A DNA stretch of 64,000 nt from the NCBI GenBank assembly GCA_039818205.1, contig JBCBUK010000008.1, positions 64,001 to 128,000 on the forward strand. The letters run 5' to 3'. This stretch comes from Verrucomicrobiota bacterium (GTDB lineage Bacteria; Verrucomicrobiota; Verrucomicrobiia; Opitutales; Cerasicoccaceae). Of this stretch, positions 19,899 to 30,096 are shown piece by piece (position 1 is the stretch's first letter; every line of letters starts with the position of its first letter). The notes under the pieces were generated by a model. It saw only the letters and a program-made list of their open reading frames with translations. It was not told the origin of the DNA and did no database searches. Position numbers and translations under genes: made by a program.

Positions 19899-21344
19899 AT
19901 GAAGAATCCCCTCCCGCATTTCCTAACCCCATTGCTCACCCTTCTTTCGTTCTTCGCGGCAGTATTGCCAAGTATTGCCGTCGAAGAGCCACCGAACATC
20001 GTTCTCTTAGTAACGGATGATCAGGGCTGGGCGGATATCGGCTACAACAATCCCGGAAAGGTCTACACACCAAACCTGGACCGCTTAGCTGCTGAAGGGG
20101 CACGCTTCGAAAACCATTACGTTATGCCGCAATGCACGCCAACCCGGGTGGCAGCATTCACGGGACGCTATCCAGGTCGATTTGGACGGGAGGCATTGAG
20201 CGCCGCGAACAAGCGCGTGTTTCCCGTGGGCACGCCCACACTGGCAACCATGCTCAAATCGCTCGGTTACCAAACCTACCTATGCGGAAAATGGCATATG
20301 GGCACTAGTCCAGAAAACGGGCCCAACCACCATGGGTTCGACTACAGTTACGGGTCATTGGCTGGCGCTGTGGGTATGTATGATCACCGGTATCGCAAAG
20401 GACCTTATTTTGAAACCTGGCACCGCAACCATGAGCTAATTCCCGGTTCGGAGAATGGTCGCCACGCCACGGACCTGATTGCCGAAGACGCGGTCCGTAT
20501 CATCGAAGACCAGGGTTCCACGCCGTTCTTCCTAATGGTGACTTTCCATGCACCGCACACCCCGCTCGATGAACGCGGCCGTTTCGTCGGCCAACCGACT
20601 CAGCTCGATCCCAACAATCCCGAACGATGGCTCAATGAGGATGATATTGAATGGTTTAACGATCCCGCAGGTATCATCCAGAAAGAAGCCGATCCCGAGA
20701 AACGCCTGTTCCTGGCAACGGTAAACCATGTCGACCATGCGATCGGGCAGATCATCGATGCCCTCGATGAGTCTGGCAAACGTGCGAACACCTTGATTCT
20801 TTTCTCTTCAGACAACGGCCCCCAAGGGAGTTGGCCTGGCAACGCCTATCCTGACGATTTGAAGCTGACCGATTTCAATCAACCAATTCCGATGCGAGGG
20901 AAGAAAGTTGATGTCTGGGAAGGCGGAATTCACGTGCCCGGGATTGCAAATTGGCCAGGTAAAATTCCGGTTCAAATTTTTCGCGAACCGACCCACATTA
21001 TCGATTGGTTGCCGACTATTGCAGCCATTTCGGGCGGAGAAATACTGCCTGATCAAGAACTCGATGGGGTCGATATAAGCTCTGCGTTAATGGCTGGCGA
21101 ATCCCTGCCGGCTCGGGATTTCTATTGGATTTGGAATTGGGATACGAATCGTTGGGCACTCCGGTATGATGATTGGAAGATTGTCGCCTATACCAAGGAT
21201 GAGCCTGGTGAGCCGTCCGACTGGCAGCTTTACAATTTGGCACAGGATTCCCGCGAGTCGAAGGATTTGTCGAGCAAGCATCCTGAGATTCTCGGCCAAA
21301 TGCACCACCGCTTCCTGAATCAGCGGGCCAAGGATGCAAAATAG
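19899..21344 (+). CDS. Cys-type (FGly-dependent) arylsulfatase-family sulfatase, secreted
   Basis: PNIVLLVTDDQG, CTPTRVAAFTGRY (CxPxR), GKWHMG, SDNG, RGKK..WEGG. Confidence 0.93.
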   Translation: MKNPLPHFLTPLLTLLSFFAAVLPSIAVEEPPNIVLLVTDDQGWADIGYNNPGKVYTPNLDRLAAEGARFENHYVMPQCTPTRVAAFTGRYPGRFGREALSAANKRVFPVGTPTLATMLKSLGYQTYLCGKWHMGTSPENGPNHHGFDYSYGSLAGAVGMYDHRYRKGPYFETWHRNHELIPGSENGRHATDLIAEDAVRIIEDQGSTPFFLMVTFHAPHTPLDERGRFVGQPTQLDPNNPERWLNEDDIEWFNDPAGIIQKEADPEKRLFLATVNHVDHAIGQIIDALDESGKRANTLILFSSDNGPQGSWPGNAYPDDLKLTDFNQPIPMRGKKVDVWEGGIHVPGIANWPGKIPVQIFREPTHIIDWLPTIAAISGGEILPDQELDGVDISSALMAGESLPARDFYWIWNWDTNRWALRYDDWKIVAYTKDEPGEPSDWQLYNLAQDSRESKDLSSKHPEILGQMHHRFLNQRAKDAK

Positions 21345-21349
21345 CCGAG

Positions 21350-22348
21350 TTACTCGGCTTTCAACTCGCGCCCCATGAGTTTTCGCACCGTTTCGGTCGG
21401 CGTAGTCGACTCATAGCAGACACTAAAGATTTCACCTAAAATCGGAGCATCAACTCGTGCTCGGGCGGCCATTTCATGGACACACTTCGCAGCCCAATAG
21501 CCTTCGACAACGGTTTTGCGTTCGGCCAGCAGCGCCGCGGCGGAGCTGCCTTCGGCAAGGCGCTGCCCAAAGGTCCGGTTGCGGCTCCATTCACCGTTGC
21601 AGGTTGCGATCAAATCGCCAAAACCACTCAATCCATAGAACGATTCGGGTTTACCGCCCAGCGCAGTGCCAAGGCGGACCATTTCCGCTAGTGCGCGCGT
21701 AAGATAGCCAGCCTTGGCATTGTCACCCAATTGAAGGCCATCACATAAACCAGCGCCAATCGCGTAAACATTCTTGAGGCACCCGCCGAGCTCGACTCCT
21801 GTCAAATCGTTGCTTCGGTAGACGCGTAGCGATTCGCTGCTAAGGGCGTGTTGGCAAGCCTCCAGCTTATCTGGTCCATTCTCGGCCGCAAGGACGATCG
21901 CAGTTGGTTTTCCTGCAGCGACCTCGCCGGCAAACGTTGGACCCGAGAGAACGGACGAAGTTAGGCTCGGAAGCACTTCCTGCATAATGACTGCTGGCGG
22001 CTTCAATGACTCCCGCTCAAATCCCTTACAGAGGGCAATCGCCATTTTGAGCTGGGTGGCGTGTGGCAGGGCTTCTTTAACCTTTTCACAAAGCTCCCGC
22101 AAACCGGTCGACGGGCATGCCAGCAATACAAAGTCGGCTTCCATCAAGATTGGTTTAATCTCACAGCCAATTTGGATGTTCGGCGAAAGTGCATAGCCCG
22201 GCAGGTAATCCTTGTTTTCCCGATCCGAGGCCAAGGCCAATGCGTGGTCCATTCGCCGAGGTGCTAGGGTGACTGAACATCCAGCGCGATTGAGGCTGAT
22301 AGCCATGGCTGTCCCCCATGCGCCTGCTCCAAGGATAGCAAAATTCAT
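21350..22348 (-). CDS. gpsA: NAD(P)H-dependent glycerol-3-phosphate dehydrogenase
   Basis: ILGAGAWGTA, LSGPTFA, GGCLKNVYAI, GFGDLIATC..SRN. Confidence 0.96.
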   Translation of the reverse strand: MNFAILGAGAWGTAMAISLNRAGCSVTLAPRRMDHALALASDRENKDYLPGYALSPNIQIGCEIKPILMEADFVLLACPSTGLRELCEKVKEALPHATQLKMAIALCKGFERESLKPPAVIMQEVLPSLTSSVLSGPTFAGEVAAGKPTAIVLAAENGPDKLEACQHALSSESLRVYRSNDLTGVELGGCLKNVYAIGAGLCDGLQLGDNAKAGYLTRALAEMVRLGTALGGKPESFYGLSGFGDLIATCNGEWSRNRTFGQRLAEGSSAAALLAERKTVVEGYWAAKCVHEMAARARVDAPILGEIFSVCYESTTPTETVRKLMGRELKAE

Positions 22349-22411
22349 TCGCGTAGGCTTAGTGGTCGAACCAGAATATGTCGCGCCAAATCGTTCCGGG
22401 AGCGTTGATTT

Positions 22412-23197
22412 CTACTGGGGAGATTCCGGGAATTGCTTCTGCTGAACTTCGCCAACATAGCTACCAAGTGCGCTTAAAGCGACCGACCGCAGGTCCGCGT
22501 ATTTTTTTGCGAAGCCAGGATAACGTCCCGCATTTAAGCCCAGGAGATCTGAGATGACTAGGATTTGGCCGTCAACACGAGGGCCTGCGCCAATTCCGAT
22601 TGTCGGAATCCTTACCGCATCGGTGATTGCGGCAGCAGTTTCCTCGGTAACCATTTCCAGCAACAGGGCAAAAGCGCCGGCCGCTTCCCAGGCGCGGGCC
22701 TCATTTAATAGTCGTTGGCGGTCATCGTCGGTCTTGCCGAATTTGCGATAACCGCCCAACTGGAGGACATCCTGCGGTTGCAACCCAATGTGGCCCATCA
22801 CGGGAATCCCAGCGAGTGCCACGGACGCGGCTTTCTCGGCGATGGTGGCCCCGCCTTCAATTTTGACGCATTTGGCCCCGCCTTCTTGCAGAAATCGCGT
22901 GCAAACGTCCAAGAGATAGTCGACGGAGTGGCCCGCAACTGCAAAGGGTACGTCGCACATCAGCAAGGCGCCCGGCTTTGCGCGAGCGACCGCAGCGGTA
23001 TGGTGGAGCATCGCATCGACCGTAACCGGGATCGTCGATTCGTAGCCGAGGGCGGTATTGCCGAGAGAGTCTCCGACCAAAATCAGGTCTACGCCAGCTT
23101 CTGCCGCCAGTTGTGCCGTGATGAAATCGTAGGCAGTAACGGCAGCAATTGGACGTTTGCCCTTGAGTTGTCGAATGGTTTGCGTCGTTGTCTTCAC
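22412..23197 (-). CDS. panB: 3-methyl-2-oxobutanoate hydroxymethyltransferase
   Basis: TAYD, ILVGDSLG, GHIGLQPQ, TIGIGAG..DGQILV; GTG start. Confidence 0.96.
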   Translation of the reverse strand: MKTTTQTIRQLKGKRPIAAVTAYDFITAQLAAEAGVDLILVGDSLGNTALGYESTIPVTVDAMLHHTAAVARAKPGALLMCDVPFAVAGHSVDYLLDVCTRFLQEGGAKCVKIEGGATIAEKAASVALAGIPVMGHIGLQPQDVLQLGGYRKFGKTDDDRQRLLNEARAWEAAGAFALLLEMVTEETAAAITDAVRIPTIGIGAGPRVDGQILVISDLLGLNAGRYPGFAKKYADLRSVALSALGSYVGEVQQKQFPESPQ

Positions 23198-23335
23198 GTT
23201 AGAGAGCTATTATGAAAGAAGCCGCACCGAATATGAAAGTCTTTAAATCTCGATTCCGCGACATTGCTTTTGCCGGTGTTTGGGCGAAGAGGCAGGTTTG
23301 CTAGGAGGCTGCACGGTACCGAAACGCAAACACTC

Positions 23336-23593
23336 ATGTTGAAACACTTCTTTCGCTGGCTCTACCATCACCGTCAAAGACAGGCGGCACGAGACCGCCT
23401 GATGGGCAGGCGGAAATTTCTTCCGCGCTTCCGCCGTTTCACCTCGCACGCCTTTGAAAAAGCGACTTTCGGCAAATACGATCCTATTGGGATCAGCCGA
23501 TGGAAGAGCGCTCTTATTTACTTACCACTGCTGCTCGTGGGCCTTTGGTTCGCCTACGAGAGCATAACCGCCCTCAATATTTTCCAGCCTTAG
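23336..23593 (+). CDS. Small basic hypothetical protein with C-terminal TM helix
   Basis: Fills the panB-erpA gap; Arg-rich N-terminus, hydrophobic C-terminus; start ATG 23336 inferred. Confidence 0.5.
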   Translation: MLKHFFRWLYHHRQRQAARDRLMGRRKFLPRFRRFTSHAFEKATFGKYDPIGISRWKSALIYLPLLLVGLWFAYESITALNIFQP

Positions 23594-23606
23594 CGGCCAG
23601 AAGACT

Positions 23607-23924
23607 CTAGTTGAACGAGCGTCCGCAGCCACAGGTTGACGAGGCATTAGGATTGGTGACCTCGAAGCCTTTTCCATGGAGGCCGTCGTCAAAGTGGATC
23701 TGGCACCCTTCGAGGTAGCTCATGCTGCTTGGATCGACCAAAAAATCAATACCCTGGTCTGACAGGCGTTGATCATCATCCTTGGGATTATCAAAGCTCA
23801 TGCCATACTCAAAACCAGAGCAGCCGCCTGCTTCGATGAAGACGCGCAGGAGCAAACTGGCATCGTCCTGCTGGGAATGAAGTTTCTTAATTTGTTCTGC
23901 GGCAGATTCCGTCAACTTAATCAT
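23607..23924 (-). CDS. erpA: Iron-sulfur cluster insertion protein, HesB/IscA/ErpA family
   Basis: GGCSGFEY and [14 protein letters not shown]. Confidence 0.9.
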   Translation of the reverse strand: MIKLTESAAEQIKKLHSQQDDASLLLRVFIEAGGCSGFEYGMSFDNPKDDDQRLSDQGIDFLVDPSSMSYLEGCQIHFDDGLHGKGFEVTNPNASSTCGCGRSFN

Positions 23925-24040
23925 ATTTCAAGTTTGGTGGAGGGTTTAGAAAATGTCAAATTTTCAGCCTCCGAGTTGATTCAGCAAGAAACATGCACAA
24001 TTGTTCGATTCCGCTTGATTGCAAACCGCGGAATTCTATC

Positions 24041-25018
24041 GTGACAGCAGTGGAACGCCTAAAACACCTCTTTAACGAAATACACTACGAGTTGGTCCGC
24101 AAGATCGCCGAAGGCGGTATGGGAGTTGTCTACGAGGCTCGACAGCACGGTAGTGACGAGTTTTGCAAGGTCGTAGCGATCAAGTTGATTCGCGAAGAAT
24201 TTTCGGTTTTCGACGAGTTTCGTAGCAATTTTATTGGCGAGGCGCGGTTGGTTGCTGACTTGATCCACACCAACATTGTTCAGACCTACCATCTGGGCGC
24301 CCTAGGCGACCAGTATTTCATGGTGATGGAATACGTGAATGGCCTGAATACGGAAGAGTTCATCAACCACCACATCGAGACGAGTCAGTTGATCCCCGTC
24401 GATTTGGCGGTTTTCATCGTTTCTCGAGTTGCGCGCGGCCTTGCCTACGCGCACCAAAAGCGCGACGTTCACGGCCGACCATTGGGCATTGTCCACCGCG
24501 ATGTCGGCCCCAAAAACGTAATGTTAGCCTACGAGGGTGACGTGAAGCTCACTGACTTCGGAATCGCGAAAGCCCTCGATCTGATGTATAATGAAGAAGG
24601 TGAAGTCATCGCCGGTAAGGACGAATATCTCTCCCCAGAACAGGCCCGGAAAGAGGTAACTGATGCTCGGGCAGATATCTTCCCATGTGGCATTGTGCTC
24701 TCCGAATTGTTGCTCGGATACAATATTTTTGAAGGCGAAGATGCGGACACCACCCGCGAGCGCATCCTGACCTTGGATCTCCCCGATTTCCGCCGGATGC
24801 GAGATGGCGTTGATGACAAATTAAACGATATTTTATACCGCACTTTGGCCCGAGATAAAAGCGACCGATACCAATCGGCAGGAGATTTGCTTACTGCGCT
24901 GGAGATATACCTATATAGCGATGGCTACGGCCCCACGAACGAGAAACTCGCCGCCTACCTTGCGGATCTTTTCGGTCCAGATGGGCACACCGCCGCGAGC
25001 CGACACAGTCAACGATAA
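24041..25018 (+). CDS. Hanks-type serine/threonine protein kinase, kinase domain only
   Basis: [34 protein letters not shown]; start GTG 24041 or 24050 inferred. Confidence 0.93.
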   Translation: MTAVERLKHLFNEIHYELVRKIAEGGMGVVYEARQHGSDEFCKVVAIKLIREEFSVFDEFRSNFIGEARLVADLIHTNIVQTYHLGALGDQYFMVMEYVNGLNTEEFINHHIETSQLIPVDLAVFIVSRVARGLAYAHQKRDVHGRPLGIVHRDVGPKNVMLAYEGDVKLTDFGIAKALDLMYNEEGEVIAGKDEYLSPEQARKEVTDARADIFPCGIVLSELLLGYNIFEGEDADTTRERILTLDLPDFRRMRDGVDDKLNDILYRTLARDKSDRYQSAGDLLTALEIYLYSDGYGPTNEKLAAYLADLFGPDGHTAASRHSQR

Positions 25019-25078
25019 CCTCCTTACGAATTAACCGCCCACCACGACCCCGATTGTGAGCGTCCTTTCAACAGATAC

Positions 25079-26536
25079 ATGGCACACCAGGGACTTCAAC
25101 AAGTTCAGAAGCAAGCGCAGACTTTGGTTCTGGCGCCGCAATTACGTCAGTCCCTAAAAATTCTCCAGGCACCGACCCTTGAATTGCGAAATTCAATACT
25201 CGAGGAATTACAGCAGAATCCGACCCTCGAGGAACTCCCCATTGACGGGATTAGCCTTGAGCAGCAAACCTCCGAGAATAGTCCAGAGTCCTCCACGACG
25301 GAGTCGAGTGACAGCGATGAGCTCCAGCTAAGCGAAGAAGACTACTCGAAGCTCAGCCAGCTGGATGAGGATTACCGCGAGTATTACAGCCAGGAGGCGT
25401 CCAACCAGAGCTACACCAGTGAGGATGCCCAGCGTCGCCAGCATTTTTTTGATTCCTTGGTTAGCGAGACCTCGCTTCAGGAACACCTGCTGCGCCAAGC
25501 AGATTTGGCCGACGTAACGCCGGAGCAAAAAGAAGCAGTCGACTACCTAATCGGGAGCCTGGATGACCGCGGCTTTTTAACCGTCGCTTTGTCGGATGTC
25601 TCACTAGCGACCCGCCTACCCTTGCAGGATGTGCAAATGGCGGCGGATCTTCTTAAGTCACTCGATCCTCCGGGTATTGGTGCCAAGGACATTCAAGACT
25701 GCCTGCTGACCCAGCTCGCCTTGACGGATCGTGATGACACGCTAGCAGCCGAGATAATTCGAGACTACTACGAGCTTCTCCTGCGCCACCGCATCCCGGA
25801 CATCGCCCGTAAGACCAGCGCTTCTATTGATGAGGTCCAGTTTGCGATTGAGGAGATTTCATCATTGGATCCGGCTCCAGGTAGCAAATTTTCAGAGGAC
25901 AGCAATCGGATTGTCGTGCCCGACGTGACGGTTGAGAAAGTGGACGACCAATGGGCGATTACACTTAATAACGACTATATTCCACGCCTACGCATCAGCC
26001 CAGCCTACAAGGAGATGATTGCGACCGGCAAAATTATTGGCAAAGACAAAGAGTACATTCGCGAGAAGATTCGCGCTGGGCGCTTTTTGATGAATTCCAT
26101 CGAACAGCGTCAGCAAACAATCGAACGAATTACCCAGGAAATCCTAGCATTTCAGGAAGAGTTCTTTGAGGTCGGCGTATCCAAGCTCCGTCCATTGACC
26201 ATGAATCAGATTGCGCAAAATGTTGGGGTCCACGAAACAACCGTGAGTCGAGCAATCGCCAATAAGTTCATCGAGACGCCGCATGGCGTATTTGAGTTCA
26301 AGTATTTCTTCACGCCAGGATATCAAGGTAAGAACGGACAGTCGGTCTCCAATAAGAGTATTAAGGACCGAATCGCGCAGATTATTTCCAATGAAAATAC
26401 TGCGAAACCTCACAGTGATCAGGAGGTCGTCAAGATTCTGGCCGAGGAGGATGTCAAAATCGCACGGCGAACGGTAGCCAAGTACCGTGAAGAACTCGGC
26501 ATTCTACCGACAAATCTGCGCCGACGCTTCAACTAA
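25079..26536 (+). CDS. rpoN: RNA polymerase sigma-54 factor
   Basis: Gln-rich region I, HETTVSRA, RpoN box ARRTVAKYRE. Confidence 0.97.
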   Translation: MAHQGLQQVQKQAQTLVLAPQLRQSLKILQAPTLELRNSILEELQQNPTLEELPIDGISLEQQTSENSPESSTTESSDSDELQLSEEDYSKLSQLDEDYREYYSQEASNQSYTSEDAQRRQHFFDSLVSETSLQEHLLRQADLADVTPEQKEAVDYLIGSLDDRGFLTVALSDVSLATRLPLQDVQMAADLLKSLDPPGIGAKDIQDCLLTQLALTDRDDTLAAEIIRDYYELLLRHRIPDIARKTSASIDEVQFAIEEISSLDPAPGSKFSEDSNRIVVPDVTVEKVDDQWAITLNNDYIPRLRISPAYKEMIATGKIIGKDKEYIREKIRAGRFLMNSIEQRQQTIERITQEILAFQEEFFEVGVSKLRPLTMNQIAQNVGVHETTVSRAIANKFIETPHGVFEFKYFFTPGYQGKNGQSVSNKSIKDRIAQIISNENTAKPHSDQEVVKILAEEDVKIARRTVAKYREELGILPTNLRRRFN

Positions 26537-26553
26537 GCATTGATTGCTTCGGT

Positions 26554-27078
26554 TCAGGAAAGAGTTTCTTTCCCGAGGAGCCAAAGGATGTCCGCTAGGC
26601 GGTTCAGGTATTGAATGATGTTCGAGCGCACCTGAGATCCGCTGTGCCGAAGTGAGATCACCTCTCGTTCAGCGCGACGACAAACCGTTCGGGCCAAATC
26701 AAAAAACGCCTGACTCGGATTATCTCCGGGCAGTATCCAATCATTGAGTCCACCAACCGAAGACTCCAGCTCTGCGATCATCGCATCTAGGCGCTGAAGT
26801 GGTTCACCGTTCATTATGTTGCCCGCACTATTGCGCAGTCGTCCGTGATCGGATTGATCGGTCGCCAATTCCGCCATCACTTGAATGAGCTCTTTCTGTG
26901 TCTCTAAAATAAAGTCGCGCGTGTTGGCTCCCCGACAGTGAGCCCGACAAAGCCCGAGCGCAGCGTTTAACTCATCTACGGCCCCATAGGCTTTTACACG
27001 TGGATGATCCTTCGGGACCCGACGCCCGTACATCAATGCGGTTTCACCTTGATCTCCCGTGCGCGTGGCAATCGACAT
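26554..27078 (-). CDS. ATP:cob(I)alamin adenosyltransferase, PduO type
   Basis: IATRTGDQGET, AYGAVDELNA, ARTVCRRAER, YLNRLAD. Confidence 0.92.
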   Translation of the reverse strand: MSIATRTGDQGETALMYGRRVPKDHPRVKAYGAVDELNAALGLCRAHCRGANTRDFILETQKELIQVMAELATDQSDHGRLRNSAGNIMNGEPLQRLDAMIAELESSVGGLNDWILPGDNPSQAFFDLARTVCRRAEREVISLRHSGSQVRSNIIQYLNRLADILWLLGKETLS

Positions 27079-27125
27079 GATGTTAACTTAACTCAGAAAT
27101 TGATGACTTTAAAGGCAGAAATAGA

Positions 27126-27162
27126 GGGATGCTTGCCGACGTCTGGCGCGAACAAGCATCCC
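27126..27162. terminator. Stem-loop between the carboxyltransferase and adenosyltransferase genes
   Basis: GGGATGCTTG...CAAGCATCCC perfect 10-bp inverted repeat. Confidence 0.55.
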
Positions 27163-27206
27163 AATCTACCAGGATTCAACTGCTACGATACCTTTATGCT
27201 GAAAAT

Positions 27207-28709
27207 CTACAACTCTTCGACCTGAACTTCCATGCGCCGTCCATCAATGGTTAACGCATAGCGCTTCGCTTCATCTGTCTCGTTCACCGGTGGTGCACTC
27301 GTGGGCGTTGCTGCTTTCGCGGATGATTGGGCCGGCTGATCCGACTTGGGCTTGTTCTTATTCGCGTAGTGCGTGGCCAATTGCGCTGGGAACATCGCGT
27401 GAATGACGCAATGCTCATCGTCATCGGGAATCCCGGCGTCCTGAAGTTGCTTGCGGAGATCGTCCATGTGCGTATGGTTCGAACCGGGTGCTTCGACCGG
27501 GCGGCACGTGATCGGATCCTTATCCATTTGCTTGGCGGCCAACTTCTGAATCTCGGGATCGACTCTCGCGGGCGTGATTCCGTAGTAACCGAGCGCAATA
27601 TCCGCCGCTTGAGGCGAGATCTGTTTCCAACGGCCAAACTTCACATTGAGGAAGGCTTGCATGCCGACAATTTGTGAGGTTGGCGTGACCAGTGGAATCC
27701 ACCCAAGAGCTTCGCGGACGACCGGAATTTCGGCGAAGACCTCCTCAAATTTGTCCTCCATTTTCTGGTCTTTGAGCTGTTTTCGGAAATTCGAAAGCAT
27801 ACCGCCCGGCACTTGGTAGAGCAGCGCATCGTTGTCGACGACCTCATTTTGGTGCGAAGTAAAATCAGACAGCTCTCCGTAAACACCGTCCAGGTGTGTG
27901 CGAATCCGGGCCAATCGCTCCATGTCCTCTTTCGAGAAATCGGGGCAGCGCGGATGATCTTTGAGCATTGCGAGCATGCGTGTCGTATCCGGTTGACCGG
28001 TGCCGTTCGCAAACGGAATCACGCCACAGTCTATCGCGTCGACCCCGGCGTCGATGGCGGCCATGTAGCAGCCGGTTCCAAGTCCCGTGGTATCATGAGT
28101 ATGAATCCAAACGGGAATCTTTGTCTGCTTTTTTAGGCCAGAGACGATATCGCTTGCGTGCTGAGGGGGAATCAGCCCCGCCATGTCTTTAACCACGATG
28201 GCGTCGCATCCCATCTCTTCAAGCTGACATCCAAGCTCAATGAACTTCTCGGTCGTGTGAACTGGGCTTGTCGTGTAGCAAATCGTGCCATGCGCCTGAC
28301 CGCCCGCCTTCTTCGTGGCTTCAATCGCGGTCTGCATGTTCCGCGGATCATTCAGCGCATCAAATATTCGGAAAATATCCATGCCATGCTTCACCGAGGT
28401 TTGGATGAACGCGGATACAACATCGTCGGGAAAGTGCGCGTATTGAACGATGTTCTGTCCCCGCAGCAACATCATATGCGGGGTTTTCGGGCAGGCCTTT
28501 TTCAAGGCGTCCAAACGATCAAAGGGAAACTCATCCAGGAATCGTAATCCTGAATCGATGGTTGCCCCACCCCAGGTCTCAAGTGCCCCAAATCCAATCG
28601 CATCCAGGTCTTCACAAACGGGAAGCATCTGGTCGGTTTTCATCCGCGTTGCCGCGAGACTCTGGTGGCCGTCGCGAAGGACATTGTTGTTAAAGATTAC
28701 TTTATTCAT
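27207..28709 (-). CDS. Pyruvate/oxaloacetate carboxyltransferase subunit (transcarboxylase 5S / OadA / PycB family) without a biotin carrier domain
   Basis: LRDGHQSL, WGGAT, FRIFDALND, KDMAG, HTH metal motif, LVTPTSQIVG; no AMKM motif. Confidence 0.88.
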   Translation of the reverse strand: MNKVIFNNNVLRDGHQSLAATRMKTDQMLPVCEDLDAIGFGALETWGGATIDSGLRFLDEFPFDRLDALKKACPKTPHMMLLRGQNIVQYAHFPDDVVSAFIQTSVKHGMDIFRIFDALNDPRNMQTAIEATKKAGGQAHGTICYTTSPVHTTEKFIELGCQLEEMGCDAIVVKDMAGLIPPQHASDIVSGLKKQTKIPVWIHTHDTTGLGTGCYMAAIDAGVDAIDCGVIPFANGTGQPDTTRMLAMLKDHPRCPDFSKEDMERLARIRTHLDGVYGELSDFTSHQNEVVDNDALLYQVPGGMLSNFRKQLKDQKMEDKFEEVFAEIPVVREALGWIPLVTPTSQIVGMQAFLNVKFGRWKQISPQAADIALGYYGITPARVDPEIQKLAAKQMDKDPITCRPVEAPGSNHTHMDDLRKQLQDAGIPDDDEHCVIHAMFPAQLATHYANKNKPKSDQPAQSSAKAATPTSAPPVNETDEAKRYALTIDGRRMEVQVEEL

Positions 28710-28864
28710 GGCAAATATTTATTAGAGTTTTAAATAATAAGCTTACACAGGACAAGAAAAAATGATCAAATAATTACCTCGGACCAAAGAATGCCGATCA
28801 ATTCTAGGGACAGCCCGAGAAAAACTGGCCAAGTCGAGATCACTCTAGATAGATTTACGGAAAC

Positions 28865-29896
28865 ATGCAGACCATTTCTCGCCGGAAAAAACACTACGAC
28901 GTCAATGCCGACCTGCGTTCCTACCTGAAGCAGTATGGTCGAGAAACGGATCTCCCGATCCTGTATCGCGGGCTAACGAAGCCCTATGAGTCGTTCCCCC
29001 TTATTGATAAAGAGGGAGAAGATACTCTGTGGCGGACCTATATTTACGAGCCAACGCTGTTTACGGAAATCAATACCGCACTCACCCGCATCTACGCCTT
29101 GCTTAAGGCAGCGGGCAATTTGCAGGTCATGGATCACCTGCGCGTCGACCGGGTTGATTTCTGTTCTTTTGGCAATTCGCAGCCGTTTCGTGTGCGCATC
29201 GTTAATCAATACAACGACAATCACGATTATTTCTACATCAAGAAGGCCGATGCCTCGCGGATATACGGCCTTGAGCTCGAGGAGCTGCTTTCGCCATCGT
29301 CGATCAATTTCCTCGTTCACGAAGACACCTTAATTGAAGAACACATCGTCGGGATCCCTGGCGATCAGTTCATCAACGACCACCTCCACCAGCCCTCACT
29401 CAACCGTGTTCGGGTCGCGAAGGAGTTTATTAAATTCAATGAGCGATGCTTTGTTCGCCTGCTCGGAGATATGCGTTCCTACAACTACGTCGTCGGGATC
29501 ACCCCAGACTTCGAAGATGAGCAATACCGGGTCCGGCCAATTGACTTTGATCAACAGTGCTATGAAGGGCGCTACAAGATCTACCTCCCTCAGTTTTTTA
29601 AGGACAACCTGCCGGTGGTGAAACTCGTTACTGGACTTCTCAACACGGAAACGACCGAGCAATACCAGAACGAAGAGCGGGCGCTCATGGCTCGTCGCGC
29701 CAACACCATCCCCTACCGACTTTCCAACCTGCGTATTTGCATGGGTGAGGATCAGATTTCAACCGAGGAAAAGACTAAGCAACTCGCAGAAGAACTCGCC
29801 GAATACCACGAGCACAAAGAGTTTCTCGATTGCAAATCAATGGGCGAAATCGTGTTCCGCCACGTCGATTACCTGCTCTTCGAGCAAGAAGACTGA
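28865..29896 (+). CDS. Conserved hypothetical protein, possible atypical kinase fold
   Basis: Long ORF; FYIK, LLGDMRSYNY and PIDFD resemble the K, DxxxxN and D-x-D elements of HipA/PI3K-like kinases. Confidence 0.6.
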   Translation: MQTISRRKKHYDVNADLRSYLKQYGRETDLPILYRGLTKPYESFPLIDKEGEDTLWRTYIYEPTLFTEINTALTRIYALLKAAGNLQVMDHLRVDRVDFCSFGNSQPFRVRIVNQYNDNHDYFYIKKADASRIYGLELEELLSPSSINFLVHEDTLIEEHIVGIPGDQFINDHLHQPSLNRVRVAKEFIKFNERCFVRLLGDMRSYNYVVGITPDFEDEQYRVRPIDFDQQCYEGRYKIYLPQFFKDNLPVVKLVTGLLNTETTEQYQNEERALMARRANTIPYRLSNLRICMGEDQISTEEKTKQLAEELAEYHEHKEFLDCKSMGEIVFRHVDYLLFEQED

Positions 29897-29902
29897 ACTT
29901 AA

Positions 29903-29977
29903 TGGAGGTGCGGGGCGGAATCGAACCGCCGAATACAGGTTTTGCAGACCCGGGCCTTACCACTTGGCTACCGCACC
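29903..29977 (-). tRNA. tRNA-Cys (GCA)
   Basis: GGTGCGGTAGCCAAGTGGTAAGGCCCGGGTCTGCAAAACCTGTATTCGGCGGTTCGATTCCGCCCCGCACCTCCA; cloverleaf, GCA anticodon, encoded CCA. Confidence 0.96.
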
Positions 29978-30096
29978 ATTTGCGAAAAGGAGTAATCAAT
30001 CGGATTCAGAGCAGGATTCAAGCGCTTTTTGCTAAAAAGCGTGGAATTTGCATTTTCCACTTTCTCCGGGGGCATTTCTAATCTAAACCACTCCGA

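Noticed and set aside
17268..21344. Polysaccharide utilisation locus (glycoside hydrolase plus sulfatase)
   Set aside because: The genes are separated by dps, a cell wall hydrolase and terminators; no transporter or regulator is present.
29903..29977. tRNA-Cys as an island integration site
   Set aside because: No integrase, no duplicated tRNA 3' end noticed, and the flanking genes are not mobile-element-like.
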